Source: an uncultured Thermococci archaeon (GTDB lineage: Archaea > CAYQAE01 > CAYVLA01). Taken from it: a DNA stretch of 26,735 nt. Positions 8,306-16,528 of the stretch are shown here, in pieces (position 1 is the stretch's first letter; each line of letters begins with the position of its first letter). A model generated the notes under the pieces. That model was not told the origin of the DNA and did no database searches. It saw nothing but the letters and a program-made list of their open reading frames with translations. A program made the translations under genes and the position numbers. The stretch lies in NCBI GenBank assembly GCA_964549615.1, contig CAZJVP010000041.1, positions 1-26,735 of the forward strand, in the 5' to 3' direction.

Positions 8306-9572
8306 CCTTTCCAGCCTCCCTCCACAGCCGTTGCCTCTCCCTTCTGGAGAGATACGCAAGCCCGAAGCTGTCCGACAGCAGGACTCGGTTGAGCCTCTTG
8401 ACCGGGGTTCGATTTCTCATCATCTGTAGGTACAGTCCGGCCTTATCCGCCGCCCCGACGAGCACGAACCCCTTGATGACCCCATCTTTGGTGACTATCT
8501 TCCGATACGTGCCGTCCGCCTCGGACTTAAGCTCAGACCACCCGTCGCCATCGACCGGGTTCACGATGCCTGCGCAAAGAACGGATCGTCCGAAGATACT
8601 GATCGAGTTCATGGAAGTGAACCAGCGCGATGACGCCTCGTGCCCGGCCATGTTGCATCCGGCGATCATGCCACCAACGTAGGCAACGGGCCAGATCCCT
8701 AACACCCTGCTGCCCTGGTACACAAAGTCCTGCACCTGGGCACAGTCCCCAGCAGCGAATATTCCTGGGACATTTGTCCTCATCCCATCGTCCACAACCA
8801 CCCCCCTGTCCACCCGCATGCCCGCCTCCCGCGCCAGCTCGACGCGGGGTCTGACACCTATTGCGAGGATGAGCAAGTCGCTATCGATCATCTCTCCGTT
8901 GTCGAGCGTCGCCCTGGGCCTCCCGCGGCTTCCCTCAACCCTCGCTATGGTGTGCCCGGTCACCACTCTGACCTGTCGCTCGTCCAGATCCTTCCGAACG
9001 ATGGCAGAGGCCCTCTCATCAAGAACCGACGAAAGGATCCTCGGAGCCAGCTCCACGATCGTGACGTCCACGTTTCGCCGGATGAGTGCCGATGACGCTG
9101 CGACGCCTATCAGGCCACCGCCTAGGACGACCGCCGACGATATCTCGCTGCGGTCTAACCTCGCTTTGATGTCCAATGCATCAGCCAGCGTGGCGAATGT
9201 GTGGCTAAATTCGACCAGCCCCGGGATGGCTGGGACTATCGGGGATCCCCCGGTTGCCAGCAACAGGCTGCGGAACCCAATACGGGAGCCGTCATCTAGC
9301 TCGATCTCCTTGCCGCTGATGCGGATTGCCACGGCCTTTCTCCCGCCAAGAAACTCCACATTATTTTCTTCGTAAAACGATCGGGGTCGGTACCAAAGCT
9401 CGTCCAAGGTCATCTCACCGGATACGAGGTGTCCGATGAAGGGCCTAGAGTAAGGAGGGTTGTTCTCCTCCGCGACGAGACAGATGGATGCGTTGCTGGC
9501 CATCCTTGCCAGGGCCTCAACAGCCCCTACGCCCGCGGCGGAGTTGCCCACGATGACACTGTCGTATCTCAT
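8292..9572 (-). CDS. FAD-dependent NAD(P)H oxidoreductase (NirB/rubredoxin-reductase-like)
   Basis: IVGNSAAG, PPYSRP, LLLATGG, VLGGGLIG, TNVPGIFAAGD; ATGA overlap with the upstream ferredoxin gene. Confidence 0.9.
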   Translation of the reverse strand: MRYDSVIVGNSAAGVGAVEALARMASNASICLVAEENNPPYSRPFIGHLVSGEMTLDELWYRPRSFYEENNVEFLGGRKAVAIRISGKEIELDDGSRIGFRSLLLATGGSPIVPAIPGLVEFSHTFATLADALDIKARLDRSEISSAVVLGGGLIGVAASSALIRRNVDVTIVELAPRILSSVLDERASAIVRKDLDERQVRVVTGHTIARVEGSRGRPRATLDNGEMIDSDLLILAIGVRPRVELAREAGMRVDRGVVVDDGMRTNVPGIFAAGDCAQVQDFVYQGSRVLGIWPVAYVGGMIAGCNMAGHEASSRWFTSMNSISIFGRSVLCAGIVNPVDGDGWSELKSEADGTYRKIVTKDGVIKGFVLVGAADKAGLYLQMMRNRTPVKRLNRVLLSDSFGLAYLSRRERQRLWREAGKVVGP

Positions 9573-10000
9573 TGACCATCAATCTCCAGGCTTATCGCTT
9601 GGTTCGGGCAGTGTTCAACACAGGCCGGGATTTCTCTAGACGGGCACAGGTCGCACTTCACGGCAAAACCAGGGCCTCTCCACACCGCCCCGAAAGGACA
9701 GACCAGGATGCAGGTCCAGCAAGCGCGGCACCTCGACGTCTCAACCCTGATCACCCCATCTTCGTCCCTCCTCATCGCGCCGGATGGGCATGAGTAAACG
9801 CACGCGGGTTCCGCGCATTGTCTGCATTGAACCGGAAACGTCACCGGTCTCCTTTCCTCGACTCTGACTCGGGGCGGTGGTGGTTCGGTCTGGTTAAAGC
9901 AGCGGATGAGGTTCTTCGATTCGGAGTGCTCCACCGCGCACCATATCTCGCAGAGGTGGCACCCGATGCAAAGGTGCTCGCGAACCGTAAGCCTTGACAT
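9569..10000 (-). CDS. 4Fe-4S dicluster protein (CooF/HycB/DmsB-like)
   Basis: CIGCHLCEIWC, CRQCAEPACVYSCP, CRACWTCILVCP and KCDLC...PACVEHCP. Confidence 0.93.
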   Translation of the reverse strand: MSRLTVREHLCIGCHLCEIWCAVEHSESKNLIRCFNQTEPPPPRVRVEERRPVTFPVQCRQCAEPACVYSCPSGAMRRDEDGVIRVETSRCRACWTCILVCPFGAVWRGPGFAVKCDLCPSREIPACVEHCPNQAISLEIDGQ

Positions 10001-10024
10001 GCGAATTACCGGAGTGGGGACCTA

Positions 10025-10101
10025 GTTCATACGGTTGGACTAGAGGCCCGAAAACTATTTACGTATGAGACTACGTCGGCATACGGGATGAATGTATGAA
10101 C
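10025..10101. promoter_or_regulatory. Divergent promoter region with CATAC/GTATG operator-like repeats
   Basis: CATAC at 10028 and 10080, GTATG at 10063 and 10094. Perfect CATAC-N9-GTATG at 10080-10098; BRE/TATA-like CGAAAACTATTTA at 10049-10061. Confidence 0.6.
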
Positions 10102-10168
10102 CTCCTCGCGCGCCAGGCCCGAGGAGGATCTGCTCGGACATTGCTTTAGGGCAATCATCCCAGGCGAG

Positions 10169-11203
10169 ATGACCGTGCAAGATGTGCTAACGGAATATCG
10201 CAAGGTCCAGGTCCTGGGCAGGTCAAGCTACGCCGTCACCCTTCCCAAGTCGTGGGTCAAGGGGCTTGACCTGCACGCGGGATCGGTTGTTGTCGTGACC
10301 GTCGACGGCAAAGGCATGCTCCACATATTGCCGGAGAGCTTGCAGAAGCAGAGGGAAGTGCCCCTTGAGAAAGTCCTCGACACAGCGAGGCTGTCGACCC
10401 CGGGGGCTCTCGCCCAGGCAATAAGGGCTTGCTACAGGATCGGCTACGAGACGATACGCGTCAGCCATCAAGGGGGAGCATCTGCAGGTGTCGTCGCGCA
10501 GATCCACGACGCCGCGGAGTCACTATACGGAACGATCATAGTCAGCGAAACCACAAACGAGACCGTCCTACAAATCTCAATCAATGTGGGAACCTTCACC
10601 GTCAGGGCGCTCATATCAAGGATGAACTCCTTCTTTGTCTACCTGACCAATCAGGTGAGGCAGGCCCTTCAGAAAGGCAGCCTGGACGACCCGGCGGCCG
10701 TGGCCTACCGTGCAAGGGAGGTCGATAAGGTCTACTCCTTGCTGATCAGGCAGCTGGTCCAGGGAGTCCGAAGCCAGCAGGTGGCATCCAGGGTTGGCCT
10801 CCAGGACGTGATCCAGTCTCTTGGATCTAGGATGGTGGCCAAGGCTCTCAGGGATATGAACACGAGCATGATCATGATCTCCCGTGTCGTGGGCGACGCC
10901 GCAAGGGGAAAGAAGGAGCATATAGAACAGATGGTGAACCTGATCTCGGAGCTGCAAGACCTGTACAAGAAGGCCTATGAGGCGCTGCTGAAGGAGGACA
11001 TCAAGAAGGCCGCCGAGGTCCTCCAAGAGCAGGAGCTCTTCCGCTCCGAGGTCGCCCGATTCGAGAGATCCCTCTCGACGGCGCGGGACGAGGGCAGCGT
11101 CGTATCGGCCATGGTCTCCGTTGTGTGGGAGCTTCAGAACGTGACCAACTCGGTTGTGATCCTAGCGGAGATCGCGGTGAACCGATACGTGGAGAGGGAG
11201 TAG
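10169..11203 (+). CDS. Archaeal AbrB/SpoVT-PhoU transcriptional regulator
   Basis: N-terminal RKVQVLGRSSYAVTLPKSWV (AbrB fold), ACYRIGYETIRV, EVDKVYSLLIRQL and helical PhoU repeats. Confidence 0.9.
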   Translation: MTVQDVLTEYRKVQVLGRSSYAVTLPKSWVKGLDLHAGSVVVVTVDGKGMLHILPESLQKQREVPLEKVLDTARLSTPGALAQAIRACYRIGYETIRVSHQGGASAGVVAQIHDAAESLYGTIIVSETTNETVLQISINVGTFTVRALISRMNSFFVYLTNQVRQALQKGSLDDPAAVAYRAREVDKVYSLLIRQLVQGVRSQQVASRVGLQDVIQSLGSRMVAKALRDMNTSMIMISRVVGDAARGKKEHIEQMVNLISELQDLYKKAYEALLKEDIKKAAEVLQEQELFRSEVARFERSLSTARDEGSVVSAMVSVVWELQNVTNSVVILAEIAVNRYVERE

Positions 11204-11209
11204 GTCGGC

Positions 11210-12355
11210 TCACCGCGCTTCGATGATCGCCCGCAGGCACTCAAGAAGCCTTCGGTTCTCCTCCTTGGTCCCAACCGTAATCCGGATGCAGTGGTGGCAC
11301 AGCCCCGGGACTCCTCGTAGATCCCTCACAAGGATGCCGGCCCGGCAGAGCTTCTCGGGCAGATCAGGGATCTCGGGCGATATCCTTGCCATTATGAAGT
11401 TCGCCTCCGACGGATACGGGCTTATGCCATCCATCCGCGAAAACTCCTTCATCAACGCTGACCTTTCGCTAAGTACCTCGTCTCGCACCCTCTCGTAGTC
11501 TGGGAGGCAAGACAGGGCGGCGACGGCCGCGGCCTCGGCCACTGAGCTTATGCCGAAAGGGAGTCGGATCTTCTCTAGGTCATCGATGATCGACTCGCTC
11601 GCGACCGCGTATCCAACTCTCATGCCCGCCAGGGAAAAGAACTTGGACATTGAGCGAGCGACGATAAGGTTTGGATATTCGCGAACCTTTGGGATCGCTG
11701 AACGACCTGCGAACTCCGCGTAGGACTCGTCGAGCACGACAAGCCCCTCGGCCCCTTCCAGTATCCTTTCAAGGTCATCCCCACCCACGGTTCCGCCGGT
11801 AGGGTTGTTGGGAGAACAGAGGAATGTGACCCTTGCATCGGATGCCTGGGAGAGGACGGCCGTGGAGTCGACTCTGAAATCGGGCTCCTTCGTTTCGATG
11901 GCAACTATCCTTGCGTCTCGAAGCATGCCGAAAAGCGCGTACAGGGAGTAGGAAGGGGAGGTCACGGCGATCTTATCCAGGGGATCCAGGAAGACCTTGC
12001 AGACCATGTCTATTATCTCGGCGCAGCCGTTCCCGACGGCGATGTTGTCGACCGGCTGCCCCAGATACCGCGAGAGCGCCTCCTTCAAGTCCCGATACCC
12101 TGGGTCAGGGTACCTGTTCGCCGCGGCGGCAGCGCGTGCCATCGCCTCTACAACCGGCTTGGGCGGAGGATACGGGCTCTCGTTCGAGGCAAGGTCAACA
12201 ATGGCCTCCCCGGGGATGCCGTACTTCTCAGAGGCATCACGGGGGAACATGCCCGGGTCGTATGGCTCTATATAGTCCAACGCGGGCCGATGCGCCCGGA
12301 AAGACCTATCCCAGGGTCTCCTCCAAGGATTCAAGTTCGGATTCGATCTCCTCAA
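11210..12355 (-). CDS. hisC: Histidinol-phosphate aminotransferase-like (HisC/CobD family); start codon uncertain
   Basis: LASNESP, NRYPD, GNGCAEII, CSPNNPTG, DESYAEF, RSMSKFFSLAGMRVGY and SEANFI. Confidence 0.8.
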   Translation of the reverse strand: MRRSNPNLNPWRRPWDRSFRAHRPALDYIEPYDPGMFPRDASEKYGIPGEAIVDLASNESPYPPPKPVVEAMARAAAAANRYPDPGYRDLKEALSRYLGQPVDNIAVGNGCAEIIDMVCKVFLDPLDKIAVTSPSYSLYALFGMLRDARIVAIETKEPDFRVDSTAVLSQASDARVTFLCSPNNPTGGTVGGDDLERILEGAEGLVVLDESYAEFAGRSAIPKVREYPNLIVARSMSKFFSLAGMRVGYAVASESIIDDLEKIRLPFGISSVAEAAAVAALSCLPDYERVRDEVLSERSALMKEFSRMDGISPYPSEANFIMARISPEIPDLPEKLCRAGILVRDLRGVPGLCHHCIRITVGTKEENRRLLECLRAIIEAR

Positions 12356-12617
12356 GCGTTGCAGCCCTGCCTTCCTTCTCCTGGATCCCTGCGGCGGACC
12401 AGAACAGCCTGGCTACGACTAGCATCAACTTGCCGGCGTATCCCGGTGCGTGGACAAGCAGGTCCGATGCAAGGTCCCCGCATTTTTCAAGGGTTTTCGC
12501 GTCCAGATCCTTGATCATCGTGCTGGCCTTGCCCAAGATGGATATCCCGGTCCCAAGGGCCTTCTCCCTTCTGACATACGCCCTTGCCGCCTCGCTAGTT
12601 ATGCGGTGAACTCCCAT
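12306..12617 (-). CDS. Hypothetical 103-aa helical protein coupled to glnA
   Basis: Strong GAGGTGAT ribosome-binding site overlapping the glnA stop; fills the glnA-hisC gap; acidic coiled-coil-like C-terminus. Confidence 0.85.
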   Translation of the reverse strand: MGVHRITSEAARAYVRREKALGTGISILGKASTMIKDLDAKTLEKCGDLASDLLVHAPGYAGKLMLVVARLFWSAAGIQEKEGRAATLEEIESELESLEETLG

Positions 12618-12626
12618 CACATCACC

Positions 12627-14084
12627 TCAGTAGTCAAGGTACTTCATTATCTCCCACGGGGTCACGTACAAGCAGTATTGGTTCCATTCCTCGATCTTCA
12701 AGCCCACGAACTGTTCGAAGATGTGGTCCCCGAGCAGGTCGACAAGCAGCTGATCGGTGCTCAGATGGTCAAGGGCATCCCTCAGAGTTGTTGGTAGTTC
12801 GCCCACCCCGAACCTCCTCTTCTCCTCAGGGCTCAGCTCGTACATGTCCTGCCTCAACGGTTCCCCCGGCTCGATCTTCTTCTTTATGCCGTCCAGCCCT
12901 GCAGCGAGCATTGCCGCGAAGGCGATGTACGGATTGCAGCTGGGATCGACGGCCCTGTACTCGCATCTGATGGCCCCCGGGCTGCTGAAGTAGAGGGGAA
13001 CCCGGATGAGGGCGCTCCTGTTCCTCGGGCTCCAACTTATGTTGATGGGCGCCTCGAAGCCCGGGACCAGCCTCTTGTAACTGTTCACAGTTGGGCAGCA
13101 CAGCGCAGTTAGGGCCTTCGAATGTTCGATGAGCCCTCCGATGTAGTATCTTGCGGTCTGGCTCAGCCAGTACTCCCCGTCGGGGTCGTAGAAGACGTTC
13201 TTCCCCTTGAAGGGTTCTCCCTTCCACAGGCTCTGGTGGGTGTGCATGCCGCTGGCGTTGTCCAGATACACGGGCTTAGGCATGAAGACCGCGATGCAGC
13301 CCCGCCTGGCCGCCAGGTTCTTGGCGGCAAACTTGTAGACGTAGCACGCATCGCCAGCCTCGATCAGCGTCCTGGGCTTGAAGTCGAGCTCGACCTGTCC
13401 GGCTGTGGCCACCTCGTGGTGGTGGAACTCGATGATGACCTTCATCTTCTCCAGCTGCCCGGCAAGCTCGTTCCGGTAATCGTTCGTGGCGTCCTCAGGA
13501 GGGGCCCGGAAGTAGGCCTCCTTGGGCCTGAGCACGACAGCTCCCGGCCTTATCTCGGGGCTTTCCGGCACGACCCTAGGAGGTCCCCAGGAGTCCCCCT
13601 TCCCGCCGTTCGGGGACACCCAAAGGTCGTACGTAAGCTTCGTGGGATCGATGCTCTCGAAAAGGAAGAACTCGATCTCCGGGCCGAAAATTGCCGTGTA
13701 GCCCATCGACTCGGCCATCTTCATCGCCTTGCTCGCCACGTAGCCCCTGGGGTCCACGTTGGAGATCGTTCCGCCGCCCTTCTCGCCGAAGGCTTCGTAG
13801 ACATCGCCGAAGACGATCGCGGATCTCTGCATGGGGTCATCTATCCAAGGCACAACTCTGATGCTGGACTGGTCCGGAACCCACACCATATCGCTTTCCT
13901 CGATGGACTTGAACCCTCGTATCGATGAACCGTCGAAGCCGATTCCCTCGCAAGCATCTCCCTCTAGGAACTCCCTTGCAGGGATCGTGAAGCTCTGCAG
14001 GATTCCCCTCAAGTCGCTGAACATGCACATGATGTTCTTGACGTTTGAGTCCTCGATCAGCTTGACAAGTTCAGGGCTTCGCAT
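12627..14084 (-). CDS. glnA: Glutamine synthetase type I
   Basis: FDGSSIRGF, ESDM, GPEIEFFLF, HHEVATAGQVE, FMPKP, NASGMHTHQS, NSYKRLVPGFEAP and NRSALIRVP. Start is ATG 14084 or GTG 14090. Confidence 0.97.
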   Translation of the reverse strand: MRSPELVKLIEDSNVKNIMCMFSDLRGILQSFTIPAREFLEGDACEGIGFDGSSIRGFKSIEESDMVWVPDQSSIRVVPWIDDPMQRSAIVFGDVYEAFGEKGGGTISNVDPRGYVASKAMKMAESMGYTAIFGPEIEFFLFESIDPTKLTYDLWVSPNGGKGDSWGPPRVVPESPEIRPGAVVLRPKEAYFRAPPEDATNDYRNELAGQLEKMKVIIEFHHHEVATAGQVELDFKPRTLIEAGDACYVYKFAAKNLAARRGCIAVFMPKPVYLDNASGMHTHQSLWKGEPFKGKNVFYDPDGEYWLSQTARYYIGGLIEHSKALTALCCPTVNSYKRLVPGFEAPINISWSPRNRSALIRVPLYFSSPGAIRCEYRAVDPSCNPYIAFAAMLAAGLDGIKKKIEPGEPLRQDMYELSPEEKRRFGVGELPTTLRDALDHLSTDQLLVDLLGDHIFEQFVGLKIEEWNQYCLYVTPWEIMKYLDY

Positions 14085-14119
14085 CTGCACTCGCCGGGAG
14101 TTCAGTCCATGATCTGCAG

Positions 14120-14131
14120 GATAAGTGTTCG
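14120..14131 (-). promoter_or_regulatory. Putative glnA BRE/TATA promoter (CGAACACTTATC)
   Basis: TTATC begins 40 nt before ATG 14084. Confidence 0.5.
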
Positions 14132-14149
14132 CAAAGGAAAACATGGCGG

Positions 14150-14168
14150 GATACTGGCAGTACGTATG
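14150..14168. promoter_or_regulatory. Operator-like palindrome GATAC-N9-GTATG between the glnA and nitrilase promoters
   Basis: GATAC TGGCAGTAC GTATG; one mismatch to the site at 10080-10098. Confidence 0.5.
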
Positions 14169-14198
14169 GGCTCAGGAATGGCAGGGCCCGGAGTCCGT

Positions 14199-14210
14199 TA
14201 AGACTTAAGA
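14199..14210 (+). promoter_or_regulatory. Putative TATA (TAAGACTTAAGA) for the nitrilase-family gene
   Basis: TTAAG begins 40 nt before TTG 14245; a GGAGG ribosome-binding site lies in between. Confidence 0.45.
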
Positions 14211-14244
14211 GCGATCCTCGACGGAGGGAGGGAGGAGGCGGGCA

Positions 14245-15090
14245 TTGAGCAAGGGAAGGATACGGGTGGCAACGTGTCAGTTTGCCGTCTCCTCCGATAT
14301 CAGGCAGAACGCGGCCACGATACGCTCGCAGATTCTTTTGGCCAAACGACGCAGGGCCGACGTGGTCCACTTCCCCGAGGCAGCCCTGAGCGGGTATGCG
14401 GGGACCGACGTGAAGAGCTGGGATGGATATCCCTGGGATCTTCTGAGGGAGGAGACCCTGGACATCATGAAGCTGGCTGGGGAAAAGAAGATCTGGGTGA
14501 TCGTCGGCAGCGCCCACCCTCTCTCGCGCAGCAACCTTCCCCACAACAGCCTTTACGCAATAACGCCCAGAGGCACGATCCAAGATCGCTACGACAAGCG
14601 CTTCTGCACGGGCCGGGACCTCGAGTTCTACTCGCCCGGGGACCACTTCACCATCTTCAGGATAGGCGGCGTCGCCTGCGGAATGCTCATCTGCTACGAC
14701 GTGAGGTTCCCCGAGATGTACAGGGAGTACAAAAAGCTCGGGGCGCAGCTTCTCTTCCACTCGTTCTACAATGCGCGCGCCAAGCGGCCGGGCATACACA
14801 AGATCATCATGCGCCCGACGCTGCAGGCCAACGCCGCGTCAAACTACTTCTGGATCAGCGCATCAAACTCGAGCGCCTACTACAGCTGGCCCAGCGTCTT
14901 CATCCAACCCGACGGGGTGATAGCCGCGCAGCTGCCCTTCAACAGACCCGGCGTTATGGTGAACGTTGTTGACACGAAGAGGAAGTTCTACGACGCCTCG
15001 AGGGCTCACAGGGAACTGGCGATGAGGGGAATCCTAAATAGCGGAAGGCTCGTTGACGACCCGAGATCCAAGGACCGCTGGTCGCTCTAG
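14245..15090 (+). CDS. Carbon-nitrogen hydrolase (nitrilase/amidase superfamily)
   Basis: Glu-Lys-Cys triad motifs FPEAAL, YDKRF and LICYDVRFPE. Confidence 0.92.
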   Translation: MSKGRIRVATCQFAVSSDIRQNAATIRSQILLAKRRRADVVHFPEAALSGYAGTDVKSWDGYPWDLLREETLDIMKLAGEKKIWVIVGSAHPLSRSNLPHNSLYAITPRGTIQDRYDKRFCTGRDLEFYSPGDHFTIFRIGGVACGMLICYDVRFPEMYREYKKLGAQLLFHSFYNARAKRPGIHKIIMRPTLQANAASNYFWISASNSSAYYSWPSVFIQPDGVIAAQLPFNRPGVMVNVVDTKRKFYDASRAHRELAMRGILNSGRLVDDPRSKDRWSL

Positions 15091-16334
15091 GCCCGGGGCA
15101 GCTTGCAGGCACGGCGGACATAGGACACGGCCCTTTTCAGCAAGGCTGGATCGGCGCCGACGTAGGTCTCTCCGCCGATGGCAAGGGTGTAGCCGCCGCC
15201 CACCCCGGCCACTTGCACGCAGTGATCGATGCGCGACCTGACGTGTTCGAACGGCGTGCCCACGTAGAAGTCCTTGCAGTTCAGGCCACCGGAGAAACGA
15301 ACCTTTCCTTTGAGCGCTTCGGCCGCCTTCTCAAGGGAGGAGAACCCGCCTATGTCCATGTCGGTGATGCCCACCTCCTCGGCGAGTATCCTGAAAAGGT
15401 GATCGTTCGGACCGTCACCGTGAAGGCGCCTAGATACACGTCCGAACCGGCCATACAGCCTCTTGACATGGGGCATCTCGAACCTGCGATATAGCTCGGG
15501 AGTCAGCATGAGCATGTGGTCATCCGCCAGGCCCATGCTTTGGATTCGGCGTTTCGAGATCCTCTCATCGTACTCATGCATCCTGATCTTCTCGTCGGCA
15601 AGCTTTGAGAAGAACCTATGCATGAGGTCGGGCTCGGTGTAGATCAGCCTTATAACACGAGTCGGCTCCATCAGGGCGCACGCCGCCGACATGGGCGGGT
15701 GAATGCCGATGCCGGCTCCCGCTCGCAGGCTAGACCCGGCGGCCTCGGCCCTTTCCCTCGCCCTCTCCGAGAGTTCTCTGACGTATGCAAGTCCCGGGTG
15801 CTCCTCCGGATGGGGTATCTCGGTCCGGATGAACCTCTCAACGTCCTCCTTGGTCTCAAGCTGTCTCACGATCCAGGGTGAGGTGTCGTTGGGGTAGACT
15901 ATCTTGAAACCGAACAGCACCCCTTCGCCGACGGGTCCAAGCTCCGCACCGAGGCTGCAACCGGTTCGGTCATCCCTCAACTCCTCGAATGCCCATCTGT
16001 ACCCTTTGAGTTGGACCTCGAAGTCAAGATCCATGTTTGAGAAGTAGTCCCTCAGGTTGTAGTTGGTCCTGTGCCCTCCGTCGTTCAGCTTGCAGAAGAA
16101 GCTTCCCCCCACGCTGATGTGGATCGGTATCCCGTCGGGCTCCTCGAATCTATCGCTCGTCTGTAGCCTCCTGCGGGAAAGCTCGATCTGGTCCTTGTAT
16201 TTATCGAGGTCGAAGTCCTCCATGAGGCGGTTGAGCTCTGCCCTGGGAAGGCCGATCCGTCGTGCCTGCTGCTTCTCCTGGAAGGCTATCCATTCGCGGA
16301 TATGCTTGTCCGAAAACGGGATCTTTCTGGCCAA
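15087..16334 (-). CDS. Uroporphyrinogen decarboxylase (URO-D/MtaA)-fold protein of unknown function
   Basis: HPPMSAACALM, LIYTEPDLMHRFF, ADD...LTPELYRRFEMP, LHGDG and a TIM-barrel-like C-terminus (GGLN...GGGYTLA). Confidence 0.75.
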   Translation of the reverse strand: MARKIPFSDKHIREWIAFQEKQQARRIGLPRAELNRLMEDFDLDKYKDQIELSRRRLQTSDRFEEPDGIPIHISVGGSFFCKLNDGGHRTNYNLRDYFSNMDLDFEVQLKGYRWAFEELRDDRTGCSLGAELGPVGEGVLFGFKIVYPNDTSPWIVRQLETKEDVERFIRTEIPHPEEHPGLAYVRELSERARERAEAAGSSLRAGAGIGIHPPMSAACALMEPTRVIRLIYTEPDLMHRFFSKLADEKIRMHEYDERISKRRIQSMGLADDHMLMLTPELYRRFEMPHVKRLYGRFGRVSRRLHGDGPNDHLFRILAEEVGITDMDIGGFSSLEKAAEALKGKVRFSGGLNCKDFYVGTPFEHVRSRIDHCVQVAGVGGGYTLAIGGETYVGADPALLKRAVSYVRRACKLPRA

Positions 16335-16528
16335 GGCCCTCGGCCCCTCGCATCTGGGCCCGCAGATATGTGTTGCCTCGCCATCTTGCTGTCCGCATTA
16401 ACGCTTTGGGCGACAATTCGGGCGGGCGACATGAGAGCAGCCCGGGTCCGCCTACGTTTGTTCACGCATCATCATCCTGAAGTCTGGCGGGCAAGTCGGT
16501 GCGCATCCGACCGCGAAGTAGCCTCGCC

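Noticed and set aside
9569-10000. CO dehydrogenase or hydrogenase locus
   Set aside because: No catalytic subunit is nearby; the gene is coupled to the GOGAT operon.
4904-14084. N-methylglutamate pathway (mgsABC/glxBCD plus gmaS)
   Set aside because: GlnA has full canonical type I motifs, the FMN subunit carries the archaeal ferredoxin extension, and no mgd/sox genes are present.
14130-14190. NrpR, NtcA or GlnR boxes upstream of glnA
   Set aside because: The GGAA copies lack TTCC at N6, and I saw no GTA-N8-TAC or TGTNA-N7-TNACA.
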